A stretch of 64,000 nt of DNA from Felis catus (lineage: Eukaryota): contig NC_058373.1 in assembly GCF_018350175.1 (NCBI RefSeq), forward strand, positions 103,976,001 to 104,040,000. The letters are read 5' to 3'. The translations under genes and the position numbers were made by a program. Positions 37,247 to 50,124 of the stretch are shown piece after piece. Numbering within the stretch: position 1 is the first letter of the stretch; every line of letters begins with the position of its first letter. A model generated the notes under the pieces. The model ran no database searches and was not told the DNA's origin. It saw only the letters and a list, made by a program, of their open reading frames with translations.

Positions 37247-38887
37247 CTAAGCAATTTCTGTGATGTGTTGTAAATCATTTCTTACAGGTCACAGCCCTCC
37301 CCTCACTGAACATTAACTCTGTGAAGGTGGGGTCTATGTGTGTGTCTGTTCATCTCCATACAGAGGCTGGAACACAATGGGTGCCCAATGCATCATTCAG
37401 GCTTTTCTGCAATGAGATCTTACTATGTACCTCGGGGCTTAATGAGTACCTTTTGTTCCTAGACAGAGATCTTGTGAGTGACCCAAGTGACCCAGTCCCT
37501 AGCTGCTGCTCAGTTGCAGGGAGTGTGGGGCCTAAGCGCCATGGATTCCCTGGGCACACATGCCTCATTTCCCTTTCAGGGACATCAGAGAGGGAGGAAT
37601 AGTGGAGCACCACTCAGAGGGCAGTGCCTGTCATTGTCTCCCTCAGCCAATGCTCCAAGGGGCATGGTCCATTTCTGCAAAGTCCTTCATTGGGTGTCCT
37701 CCTGCTCCTCCTCCCAGCCCAGCCAAGTACTACCACTCGGTTCCTCACCTCTGTGAGGATTTCTCACCTCTGTGGTTTTGCTCATATCCCTTTGCTTGGA
37801 CTGCCTGGCTTTCGATTCTACTTGTGAATTCATATCCAATCATTCTTTAAGACTTAAACCCAAATGCCATTTTGTTTGCAAAGTTTTCTCTACACTTCAA
37901 ATTGGAATTGGCCCCTCCCCCTAAGAGCCTTCTGTTTCTACTTAGCATTAATTATGTCTGCTTGTTATTATTTGCATCCTTTCTATCAGCTGGTGAGACT
38001 AAATCATAGTTGTTTTCACCCTCAGAGTCTAGTACAATTTCTTACATGAAGTAGGTACTCAACCAATTCAGGCTTAGACATTCATTCCTCCAGAGAGCCC
38101 CCCGCCCTTAATCTGTGTCATGTCCCCTTTATATGTTCACCTTTAGCATCCTGTGTCACTCACTGCCATGTCTGCTTTGGATGGCAGGGATTGCCCTCTT
38201 GTCCACAGTTGATATTCCCAGTATCAAGCATAGGACTGACCTCAAGAAACACTTGTTGAAAAAATGAATAACAAAGCCAATATGGGGTATTGAATATGGA
38301 GAACTCAAGAAGAATGAATTATCCTGGGGCTTGAGGAATGGCTGCCTTTTAATATATCTGATTGGCTTTATGCCTTTATTTCACTCTCTGAGGTATGTTG
38401 CCAAATGTCGATTCTGCCTTCAAAGCGAAGGAATGTCCCATAGCTGGCCAGTGCTATCAAGGAGTCCTGGCTGACTGAAGAGTGATACTGGATGTGGGAT
38501 GGTGGGAACAAGTTGGTGAGGAATTGGTGGAGATGAAGCCATGGTTATCCTCAAATCCCCAGCATCATCTTCCTTTACCGATTGGTACAGAGCATTCTCT
38601 TCGCTCCTGATACTCCGTGTATGCCCGTTCTTCATCTCTTACAGTTTAGGGTGATGGGTTGTGATGGGTTGTGGTGAACTGAGGGAGGTCCTCATACTGT
38701 AGTCCTAGAATAGATTTCCCTGTCTATAGAGCAAGTCCTACTCTTTGCAGACTCAACCATAGCTACCTTTTAGCCAAGAAGCTTTGGGAAGAGTGGAAGA
38801 TTTATCTGGGCTGGGGGGCAAGGCCCATGCTCAGCTGGAAAGAGAGTCACTTCAGGATGAGGAATTTTTTTTTTCTTTTCAGTTTTA

Positions 38888-39104
38888 TATGTTTATACAT
38901 TTTTTTTTTAACATTTATTCATTTTTAAGAGACAGAGCATGAGTGGGGGAGGGCAGAGAGAGAGGGAGACACAGAATCTGAAGCAGGCTCCAGGTTCTGA
39001 GCTGTCAGCACAGAGTCTGATGTGGGGCTTGAACCCATCAACCGTGAGATCATGACCTGAGCCGAAGTCGGGTGCTTAACCAAGTGAGCCACCCAGGCGT
39101 CCCC
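38888..39104 (-). mobile_element. Can-SINE
   Basis: antisense SINEC body. Confidence 0.92.
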
Positions 39105-39121
39105 TTTTCTTTTCAATTTTA

Positions 39122-39362
39122 TTTTATTTATTTATTTATTTATTTATTTATTTTTCCAACATTTTTTATTTATTTTGGGGACAGAGAGAGACAGAGCATG
39201 AACGGGGAAGGGGCAGAGAGAGAGGGAGACACAGAATCGGAAACAGGCTCCAGGCTCCGAGCCATCAGCCCAGAGCCTGACGCGGGGCTCGAACTCACAG
39301 ACCGTGAGATCGTGACCTGGCTGAAGTCGGACGCTTAACCGACTGCGCCACCCAGGCGCCCC
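39122..39362 (-). mobile_element. young SINEC_Fc
   Basis: TSD TCTTTTCAATTTTA. Confidence 0.95.
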
Positions 39363-41289
39363 TCTTTTCAATTTTAAAGATTATTTAAATTTTGTAGTCC
39401 GTCTACTCTGTTCCTCAATCTTCAAAGAGTGAGATTCCTTTTCCTAGCTCAGCAGTAAGCCTCCAAACTTCACATGCACAATTTCCACCCCAAATGGGGG
39501 AAAAAAATAGGCCATATTCAAAACCGAAAAGGAAAATTCATCATAAAACCTTCCCAAGAGCTGTATTATTAAAGTTACCATCATTCAGTTGGATATTATC
39601 AAGGCAAAAAAATTAAGGTAGAGATTGTGAACACCGCTGCTCACTTTTCCTCCTCTGCTTGTAAATGAATGTTTTTCAGCCTTCCCCATCCATCTTCATT
39701 AACATTGTGAGCAATTTGTATTGGCCCGCAGTGCGACATCTTTACATTGTGCGAGTGTATGTGATGTTCTGGAAATGGGCAATTTAATATGAAAAGCGCA
39801 CCATATCTCAGATTTTTTTTTTTAATTTTCTAAACAGTAATTTCTGCTAGGAATTATTCCATGATTTGTGCATAATTTCATGCAGATGGTTATTTAAATA
39901 TAAATAGAGAAATGTGTCGTTAAATACTGTGCCTGCCTCTACTTAGGTTGGCATTCCCACATTTTAAAATAGTGCCATAAATAAAAGATAAAAAACATCC
40001 CTAAGCCACACACTAGTCAGAAGATAATTGTGCCTGTTTGTTCATTGTCATTTGAGTGCCCTCCAATTAACTTTCTTAATATTTTCCAGTTTCTTTAAAA
40101 AGAAACTTAAATGGGTCTTTTTGTGAAATGTGTTTACAATGTAATGAAAAACCCCTTTGTTTACCTAATTAAGACTACATTCTCCCTGTAGTAAAAACAG
40201 CACTTCAGTCTTTGGTGACCATCCCACTTTCCTGCCCTCCCAAATGCTGACTTGGGTCTGTAAACTAACATGAGAACGCTTGGTGTTGGAAGCCATATAC
40301 ATGCACAGATGACGGCCTGATCCAGCCATTTAAAAATTCACGTGTATCTTCCGCAAAAAAAAAATGCCACCCAGTTGTTTGCCTTGAAAAGCTTTGTAAT
40401 AATTAAAGTAGACAACATGAAGGAAAATGTGCAATTAACTTTCTTTATTTGAACAAAGTCTAATTCAGTGGCAGCAGGTTTAGAACTACAGGTTTTATGA
40501 ACGCCAGTCCAAAACATCGTTGAAGTAAATATCCTGCAACACTCCTTAACCAAAAACTACGATCTTGAACTTACAAAATGGCGAAAGAAAACCCAGGAGT
40601 CTTCTCCAGTGCTCTCCCTTCTGTGTTGTTATTCTGTGGACCTTTACTTAACTGTTCTAGCGGAGAGGCTGTGGAGATTTTTCCAGACCAAATTTTACTT
40701 CAGCGAGTGTGAGTTGGAACCTCGTTTAGGACAAAGGTGATATTTTCCGTCCCTAAAAGATGTCTGGAAGCAAGAACCAGCATAAGAAAAGAAGGTGAAG
40801 ACGTGTGAGCGCGCGTGCGTGTGAAAAGATTTATTGGACCTCTTGATACCAATTCTTGTGTGGCATTGACTCTCTGATCTACATCCAGGGCCTGGAACAC
40901 TCCTCCCTTTTGCATTTCCAAGCTTCTTAATGGCAACATGGCATCTGAACTTGGAGATCCGGCGTCCACAAAAAAGCAAGTATGCTGATACTCAACAACT
41001 TATTTTCTGTCCTTGTCCCTCCTCCCAGTTTCACCAATACCTCGAGACCGAATTTGAAGCGTTCTTTTCCTTCATTGTTCACGTCCACTCTGTTACCAGT
41101 TCAAACCTATAAACGCTTCCTTTAGCAACTTCAGGACATTTCAGCAGTTCCTGTGCCTACTGGTGGGAGCAGGCAGCGTCTTCACACATGTCTTTTTGCC
41201 TGCTTTCCTTTCTCCCAAGGAATCCTGAAGTAGCTGACCGATTTTGAATATTGGAAAAGGCCTAGCTTGAGACTTAAGAAAACAAGAAA

Positions 41290-41420
41290 ACTAGGAATTC
41301 TCGTCCCAGTTTTGCCTCTGACAGCGAAAGTCATTTCATCTGTCTGCACCTCAGTTCCCTCATTTGTAAAATAAAACGGTTAGACTGAATGAACTATTAA
41401 TTCCTTCCCAGCTCTCTCCT
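41290..41420 (+). mobile_element. MIR core fragment
   Basis: 'aagtcatttcatctgtctgcacctcagttccctcatttgtaaaat'. Confidence 0.65.
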
Positions 41421-41611
41421 CCTACGTAGAGGTCTGGATTAAAGCTCCCAGCAAGGGTGTTAGGGTCTTACGACAACTGCTGTCTATCGTGGGTCCTATT
41501 GACCCCATCTAAATCTTCCTCTGTTTCCCTGGGCGTATGCTTTCCACTGTAAGAACCCTGCAGGCTTAGATGTGACTTGATATTTTCAATCCTATCGAAT
41601 GTGTGAGAGGC

Positions 41612-41838
41612 TAGTGTCACGTGGTTAAAAGGAACTCCGGCCGGATTACCTGGTTTTGAATCCAGCTACATCACTTACCAGCAGCATGACCTTGAGCATG
41701 TTACCTGACCTCCCTGAATCTCAGTTGCCTCATTGAATAAGGCATTTCATAAGGTTACCAGGACTAAATGTGATCATTGTTGTAAAGCTCTTAGAATAGT
41801 GCCTAGACCTTGGTTAGGACTCGAAAAATACCAGTCAT
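41612..41838 (+). mobile_element. MIR
   Basis: 'gtggttaaaagg...catgaccttgagcatgttacctgacctccctgaatctcagttgcctcat...gctcttagaatagtgcct'. Confidence 0.75.
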
Positions 41839-41859
41839 TAAAATGAAATAACTCTTCAA

Positions 41860-41960
41860 GGGTGTCTGGCTGGCTCAGTCGGTAGAGCATGCAACTCTTG
41901 ATCTCGGGGCTGTAGTTGGGCCCTACATTGGGCATAGAGTTTTCCTTAAGAATTTTTAAA
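41860..41960 (+). mobile_element. short-form Can-SINE hosting nested SINEs in its tail
   Basis: 'ctggctggctcagtcggtagagcatgcaactcttgatctc'. Confidence 0.85.
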
Positions 41961-41980
41961 AAATTTTTTATTAAATAAAA

Positions 41981-42191
41981 TTTTTTTTAACGTTTATTTA
42001 TTTTTGAGACAGCGAGAGACAGAGCATGAACGGAGGAGGGTCAGAGAGAGAGGGAGACACAGAATCTGAAGCAGGCTCCAGGCTCTGAGCTGGCAGCACA
42101 GAGCCCGACACGGGGCTCGAACTCACGGACTGTGAGATCATGACCTGAGCCGAAGTCGGCCGCTTAACCGACTGAGTCACCCAGGCGCCCC
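41981..42191 (-). mobile_element. Can-SINE
   Basis: TSD TATTAAATAAA. Confidence 0.93.
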
Positions 42192-42202
42192 TATTAAATA
42201 AA

Positions 42203-42410
42203 TTTTTAAAAATGTTTTCATTTATTTTTGAGAGGGAGAGAGAGTACAAGGGGGAAGGGCAGAGAGAGAGGGAGACACAGAATCCATAGAAGGGTTCAGG
42301 CTCTGAGCTGTTAACCCAGAGCCTGATGTGGGGCTCGAACTTGTGAACTGCAAGATCATGACCTGAGCTGAAGTCAAGGATGCTTAACTAACTGAGCCAC
42401 CCAGGCGCCT
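42203..42410 (-). mobile_element. Can-SINE
   Basis: antisense SINEC body. Confidence 0.9.
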
Positions 42411-42415
42411 GTAAG

Positions 42416-42445
<30 letters not shown>

Positions 42446-42447
<2 letters not shown>

Positions 42448-42651
42448 AACATTTATTCATTTTTGAGAGACAGAGGCAGAGCATGAGTGGGGGAGGGGCA
42501 GAGAGAGAGAGGGAGACACAAAATCCAAAATAGGCTCCAGGCGCTGAGCTGTCAGCACAGACCCTGACATGGGGCTTGAACCCAAGAACATCGAGATCAT
42601 GATCTGAGCCGAAGTCAGATGTTCAACCGACTGAGCCACCCAGGCGCCCCC
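42446..42651 (-). mobile_element. Can-SINE
   Basis: antisense SINEC body. Confidence 0.9.
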
Positions 42652-43599
42652 CCCGCCAATTTTTTTTAAATAATAAAATGAAATAGCTCTTCTTTTCACA
42701 TTATAGATTAATCGGTAAAACATACCAGAACATGTTAGACACAAATGGCTCATAATATTATCCTTTTTAAATGTTTTGCACATTAGCTAGAACAGTTGCC
42801 TTTAGAGCTATCCCTGATAGGGAGGTATGCTTTTATCACATCATAAACAATTTATACGTGCTTATCTTATCTTAATCATAACAATTTCTACTTGTAAGAG
42901 CACAGAGTCTCCTCTTTTTTAATAGTGGAGTACATGCACAGTGTCAAAAGCCAGTTGATTTAGTCATACAGAGCTAATGATCCATTTGGGGAAAAAATAT
43001 TATACTGGGTCTATTTACAAAAAGTAGTTTAAAACATCCCACTTGTATACATTAAAATGAACAAATACTTAAAAAAAAGGAACTATGCCATAATTTTAAG
43101 TTTAAAATGCTAAGCCTCTTTGTTATTTTCCCTAATAGGATATACAATGTTTGTTAGGCTAGAATCATATTTAAAGACCCATATTTTGGAAGATCTTATT
43201 TTTGTCTTTGAAGGCCTACCTAATGACAGTAATCGAAAATTCTTTTGCTAGTGGTATTTAATGAATGTGTGGCACTGGCTTGATGACCTGTTATGTGAAA
43301 CAGCTCCTGCCATTAGCTGGTTAAACTTTAGACGGGACATTGTTAATGTCCTAGAAAGATCAAGTAGGTTAATCTGAGTAACATACATTGTGTACGCGAT
43401 GTAAAACGCACATGCAATTCTGTATAAAAATAGCGTATTGCTGGTGACAACCGAGGAGCTACAAATATTAAAGATCCTGTTAAGATTAGCAATTGACGTA
43501 GTTTGATAATGAGTGACTTTTCTTTAAAGCTCGAATCTGATATTTAGAACGATATTCGCAGTTTCTCTGTTTGATCTTCACATCTAAAATAGAAAGTTT

Positions 43600-43860
43600 G
43601 TCATCACCCGCTCGCTCCTGCTCCCCTGCACCTCATTACCTGTGTCACTCCCGAGCCTAGCAGGGTCTTCTCTCCGGGCCACGCCCTTCCATTCCCCACC
43701 CCCCTGCTGACGTCATGCCTCTCCAGGGTCAGAGTAACCTCAGCACCGCTCTCCAGGATGCCGCCTGCATCTCAGGGCCACCGAGCTCCAGTCTGTAAAC
43801 AAGACTTCCGAACCCGCTTTCGTGTTACGCAGCAGTGGGTATTCTGTGTTTGCTTGACAT
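43600..43860. promoter_or_regulatory. candidate promoter/enhancer module
   Basis: GCCACGCCC (43678-43686), CACCC box, perfect CRE TGACGTCA (43708-43715), FOX TGTAAACAA (43794-43802), ETS ACTTCCG (43804-43810); locally GC/CpG-rich unique DNA. Confidence 0.45.
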
Positions 43861-45759
43861 TCCCTTGCTCTAAATTCGACAATTTGAATTCTAGATTTGA
43901 GCGTCATGCTCTCCCTGCGTAGACCCCTGCGAGCCGTGTTTCCGAGGCTGGTCGCCTGAAAGGACGTCCAAATCTCTGATCTGTGTGGGTGTAAGAGTGT
44001 GCGGTATGCCTTGCGCAGGTGGAAGACCATAGAACTTCTGTGAATAATTAAATAGCCAATGATTTGGGGACAACAAGACACAAGTTTGATTAAACTACGC
44101 CTCTAGAAATTTAGCAGAAGTGTTAGTGAGGTAAGACTGTCTTAAAACACGAGCATCTGTATATATAGCTAGTTTCTTGTAGGCACTGACATTTCTGTCC
44201 ACAAGTAAATGGCAGAGAAAACTATAGATGTTACAAATTATAAAAGTTGCAAAGACCTAGGTAGCAAAGAGTAATTTTTAAAAATTAGCGCCTTGGTAAT
44301 GGAGGAAAGTTAAAGAATGCTATCTCTAATTCATGTTTTTTACGGTAATTTTCTTTTTCTTTTTTCTTCCTTGCCATGTTGCTAACTGCACACATGATCT
44401 TCCATGGAGACATAACCCATGCAAACCAAGGTGATTTTCCCTAAATAAAGACAACACGATTGAATTCTATGTACCACCTAGGCCCACGGGTGATTTCTAG
44501 CCAACAGGGAGACATTTGACCAAAAATTTCAAACCAGAAGAAATAGGAAAATAAAGAGACAGAGCTGAGTTCTCTAATTCCAACGAAAAGCTCAGTGAAC
44601 GTTTCCTCCAGTATCTTAAGGGCTGTGGAACTTGAAATAACTACTTCCTGTGGACCTAAGTGTCCACTGCCTCTTGTTAATAAAGTAAGCTAGTTTTCAA
44701 AATTATTGCCACGAAAATAAGCCAAAAATGTCCTCAGAAAACATGAAATGAAGTTGAGCCAGAATCAAGGCTGGGGATGGGAGAATATTTGCAGGGGAAA
44801 GGCAGTGGGACGGGGAGAGGCTATCCGCGGGAGAGGGGGAAAAAATGAAGGTCAGTCTTCACGATTCCAAGCCAAGAATCCAGAAGAGCACGAATGGACA
44901 TAACACCACCTCACCTGTTAAACAAAAACACCAGCAATTTAAACTGAGATACATTCAGATAAAGCACTTTTACTTTTAGTGAATATTCTGTTAATTCTTA
45001 AAAATACCCTTTTGGGAAAAAACATTCTTTGTTCCCCCTCCACTCCATATGGGCATCTCTAAAAGCCTCCGTATCTGGAAACATAAGTAGATATCCATCC
45101 AGTGAAATATGAGTTAGTCAGACACATCCAGTTTTACCTCCATGCTGAATCTAAAACTGCTTAAATGTACAAGTCTAAGAGAAGAGAAGAGAAGAGAAGG
45201 GAGAGAGAAAAGCAGATAAAGAGAAGGGATCCAAGACTTCCATTTTCTTACTTGCAGATAAACATATTCAACATCTACGAATTACAAGGGAAGTTTTAGA
45301 CAGCTTTGAGGAAGCCCCACAGAATTATTCACTAATAGACCCCAAATGCACATTTTAACTGCCTCCAATTGCCCAATTACATTTTTAATTACCAAGTGCC
45401 TTCCACAGGAGTAAAATGTCATGGTGTGAACACCACCCATCTCCTTTTACTCCCCCCACGCCCCACCCCGTTCAGAAGAGTCCTTCTACATTCGTTTAAT
45501 CCCAAATCTGATTTCATCGGTCTAAAATTTTGAACGTGGTCAACGACACAGTATTTCCCTCTTAGAAAACCTGAGACAATGACAGGAATTCATAGTAAGT
45601 TTTCCCATTCAACCAGACATTTCTTGAGGGAATTGAAAAGGCTCTGCAAAGAAACAGTTAATATGTATACGTCTCTCTGAAATTGGCAACTGTCTTTTAT
45701 TTCCTCTAATATGCTAGCCAAAGATCTGAGCTCATTTTTTTTTTTCTGTCCATAGGCTC

Positions 45760-45760
<1 letters not shown>

Positions 45761-45790
<30 letters not shown>
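45761..45790. repeat. A30 homopolymer
   Basis: directly visible. Confidence 0.9.
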
Positions 45791-45792
<2 letters not shown>

Positions 45793-48700
45793 CTGTATTC
45801 TCGCTAATTATACATCCTGAAAAGAATTTGGTTCAGTGTAAGATGATCCTAGTGATATGCTAATCCTTTTTTCTGCTTGGTGCTGCCTGAAGCTTGTGTC
45901 TAACATTTTTTTCAACTGTATGACAATAAAAGTTCTGGCAACAAAAGAAATAAATGGGCAGCTAAAGAAGGTATAGCTCAAACACATGGCAGGCCGGCTC
46001 TCCCCTCTGCTGCTGGCTGCTCTTTTGTAAACTGCAGTTTGGTATCTTCAAGTCAATAGCTGAAATCCAGCCACCTTAGCAACTTAGTATGACACCCAAG
46101 CCCTCTCTCTTTACATTCATGAATAGTCAGCACCCAGCAGACAAAATAGAACTAATCTTTTTTGACAGAATTGTTCAATTTTGGAGGAAGAGCTTTTGAG
46201 TCTTCCACACATTTGCAGAATATGAGACAACAATGGCTGCGATCAAATTTTAAAAACAACAGTGGCCAACAGGGCTGCGAAAAAAAAAAGTCTCTTTGAA
46301 TTAAACAGCACATGCAGGCAGTCCCAGTGGTCATAAACTTGGGGCAAACATTAATTTCAATACGTGAAAGAGAGAGAGACAGACAAACGGAGAGAGTACC
46401 CCACAGCCTGCTCTGAGCTTCATGCAGCAATTCCTTCTGCTATGATACACACATAATTTTTTTTCAGTTTCCTTTTTATTTTTCTTTTGTGAAGACTGAT
46501 ACAAATATTTCTTCCCTCTCTAAAATAATTTTGTTTGGGGGGGGGGTGGTGGTGGGAGGCAACGCGTCTCGGTTTAAAATGCTTTTTATCCAGCAGCCTT
46601 TTGTAGTCATTTGAAAGCAGTTTTACCATTTAGAAATCCTGTAATGTATCAGTCACTTACAAGTCTAACATGTGCTAAAAATGAATCTTCTCTCCACTCC
46701 CGCCCCCGCCCCTCCCCATTTAATACAAGGCGTCGCTATACCTTTGGAGACAATATGAACAAGAAGAAAAATCTACCCAGTTCATGGCAAAAACAGAAGT
46801 TAGCAACATGGTCCATGCAGCTGCAACATTGCATTTAAAATTCAGTTTCCTCATAGGAAGAGGGCTAATCCTGCCCCTGTAATTCCCTACAGCCAAAATG
46901 TGCCCCCTCCCCTAGTGACAGTGCAATGCAAAGACACTAGCACGCTTATCTTGCCTAACCAGATGGCCGACTTGGATCAATGCACACACGCCACGATCAA
47001 TGGGAGAGATAAAGAATTAGGAAAACAGTGGTACATGCTCCCAGAAAGCTTGTACACTGCATAATTATTTTATGATTCTACACATGGCTACATGTGATAC
47101 TGAAGTAGAGAAGGAAAGGATAATTAGAGTGCTAGGAAGAATTTTGTAGGAGACTACACTTTGTCTGTCAGCACTTCCCACTCGAGCAAACTCACTGCCC
47201 TTATCGGAAAGTGAATTTAGAAAAACATGAGCAAAAATGTCAGGGAAGGTATTTCCATTTTTGCCAGGTCCTGTCACATCCCAAAGTTTAGCTCAAAGCC
47301 TGAGGAGGCTTGCTGGGATTTGGATATGCCTCTCGCCATTAGCCACCCCCGGTTCCCCAGCCAAGGAAACCCACCAGCTAATATTTGGATGTGATGCAGA
47401 CTGTCACGAGGAAGAATTTGGTCTCCAAGTGATTTCAGTCAAGTTCATTCAGTAAAATAGAGCGGGACGAGGCATTCCCTTAATTTCTGTTTCCTGATTG
47501 GCTAACCAAAGCAATGTTTTTGAGCAGGTTAGTTGCCCACTTCAAACTAAGAAAAAAATACATGGCCCTACATCCCTGTGAAGCGCCCAGGTTAGGAGGC
47601 AAGTATACGAAGGGGCTGAAGCTGGCACACTGCCGCTTTATTCTGAATTCAGACCAAGATCATAAACCAGAACAATAAACTGCTGCAATCCTCCACTGTG
47701 GCAGTGTGCTAATCAGAAGAGAAGACAGTGTTCCTTCAGCCCCTAGCGCACGATGGGTGCTTAATAAATGATTATACTATCGTTGCAAGTAGCAATAATA
47801 ATAATAATAATGTTTTACCCGGCGCTAGCCCCAAATTGTATTCTTGCATCGCCTTGTGTTAGATGCAATTAAAAGTAGTATTAGGGTCTCCTTTTGGATT
47901 TAAGACTCAGCTTGCATGCTAATTAAAACATTCAATGAACTTTTTACACCATTTCTTATGTAAAGAGAGACGGGAACTGGAATCTTGAATTAGACACAGC
48001 TCTCCCCCACTATCAACCTCACAAAACCCCGGGGGTGAGCTAGTCATTTTAAGTAGTCTATTACATTCAAAATAGAGTGAATATTCAATATCCAAATAAT
48101 TAAAATTACTATAATTTAGTTCCTGAGGATAAATAAAATATAGTCTGGGTAAAAATTCAGAGGGAAAAAGAAAGAAATGTTGACAATTGTAAAGAGCCAG
48201 AGGCGACCTCTTTCTATGTGATTTTAGTTAGGTTAAATATGATGCTTTGCATTTTTACATGATTCGGTTGTTCTCTGTGATGTTCTTTGTCGAGTTGTTT
48301 TGTTATCTCTGCCCTGAACATTCCTCACCTCCACCTGAGCGCAATACGGATAGTTATATGTAAGTAGCACTTGGCTTTGCTGCCCATAATCAGATTTGGA
48401 GAAAGATCCTGGGTTCGGGGATATGATGCATATTATCACACCTATTTTTAGTTCAAAACCCTTAAAAGGCAAGGCTATCATTTTACTGTTTAGGGCTGAG
48501 CCCCCCCTTTTCTCTGAGGCTCAAAAACATGAGTGTAAACATGCCATACCCTGCCAGCCTTGTAACAGATTCACTGAGGTTTCCTTTTGCTGTAAAACAA
48601 CTGATCGGCATGTGGCATCCTTTCTATCACGTAGCTGAGTTTGCAGGGAGTAAGAGAAACCTCTGGGTGTTAGGGAGGGGAGAAATCCATGAGCTGGAGC

Positions 48701-49166
48701 TGGAGCCTTTGAGGAGAAAGAGCATATGAGTTTTCTCTGAGGTCAAGGCTGAGATGAGCTTAGCTTTGGGCTGGAGACAAGGTTGGTTGGTAGCCGGACC
48801 TGAGTCCCACCATTAAGTTGGAAAACCCGGAAGCTGGTGTGCTCTCAGCTCAGCAGTACCTCTGGCTCCCTGTAAAAACAAACACAAATCATGTCTGCAG
48901 TAAAGCGTCATCAGGTTAGACCCCCAGGTTTTCAAGGAATTAAGATTAATGAAATGTAAACTTCTAATCAAAGATCACCAATGACACAAGAAAATAATCC
49001 TCTATAAGTGAGGGTCAGTGGAAATAGTCAACAGCGTTAGAAACTTCTAGGACTAAATGATCAGAATGTATCAGATACAGAATACAAAATAAACAGGTGT
49101 AAAATATTTATTTTAATTAAAGTTGAAATTGCTAAAATGAGTCAATATTAAGAGATGATCAAAAAT

Positions 49167-49372
49167 GGGGGTGGCTGGTGGCCCAGTCGGTCAAGCAAGT
49201 GACTCCTGATTTCGGCTCAGGTCATGATCTCATGGTCGTGAGCCTGAGACCCACATCGATCTCCATGCCCAGTGTGGATTCTGCTGAAGATTTTCTCTCT
49301 CCCTCTCTTCAGCCCCTTCCTTGCTCTCTCTCTCTTTCTCTCTCTCAAAAAAAAAAAAAAAAAAAAAAAAAA
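49167..49372 (+). mobile_element. Can-SINE
   Basis: diverged body, long A tail. Confidence 0.88.
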
Positions 49373-50124
49373 GATAAGTTGGAAGAGAACCAAATAGTAC
49401 TTATACTTTTTTTTAATTTATTGAGGAATCATTTACTGACAATACATTATACGCATTTAAAGTGTACAAATCAGTGAGTTTTCAAAAAGCGTTAGTGAAA
49501 CTATCTCCACAAGCAAGACACAGAACATTCCATCAACCTCAAATGTTTCCTCATGCCCCTTTGCAATTTATCCCTCCCTCCACCCCTGGCCCCAGGGGAC
49601 CACTGATTTGGTTTGTGTTGCTAGAACTACTTTACATCTTCTAGAATTTTGTATAAATGAAATCATACATTATAAACATTTCCGGCTTCTTTGACTCAGC
49701 ATAATGATTTTGAGATGTGTTCATTTTCTTGTGCATATCAATAGTTCATTTCTTTCTGTTACCACTGTTTGGATACCACATTTTGTTGATCCGTTCTCCA
49801 ATTTACCGACATTTGGGTTGTTTCCAGTTTTTGGCCACTGTGATTAAAGATGCAATGAACAGCCACATAAAAGTCTTTGTGCAGACATATGGTTTCATTG
49901 CTTTTGGGTAAATACCTCGCAGTGGAACGGTTGGGTCATGTGATAGATGTACGCTTAACTTTTAAAAAACTGCCAAAAAAGTTTCTAAAGTGATTGTACC
50001 ATTTTCTCTTCTCACCAGTAGTGTATGAGAGTTCCAGTTACACTACATCCTCTGCAAGACATGACATGGTCAGTCTTTGTAACGTTAACCATTATAATAA
50101 GTACTCATTGTGGCTTTTTAAAAA

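Noticed and set aside
40809..40823. Alternating purine-pyrimidine GCGCGCGTGCGTGTG (Z-DNA/XRE-like)
   Set aside because: Too short; indistinguishable from a decayed dinucleotide repeat
43740..44081. 113-aa minus-strand ORF in the promoter-like region
   Set aside because: Non-ATG start and no recognisable homology; explained by local GC richness
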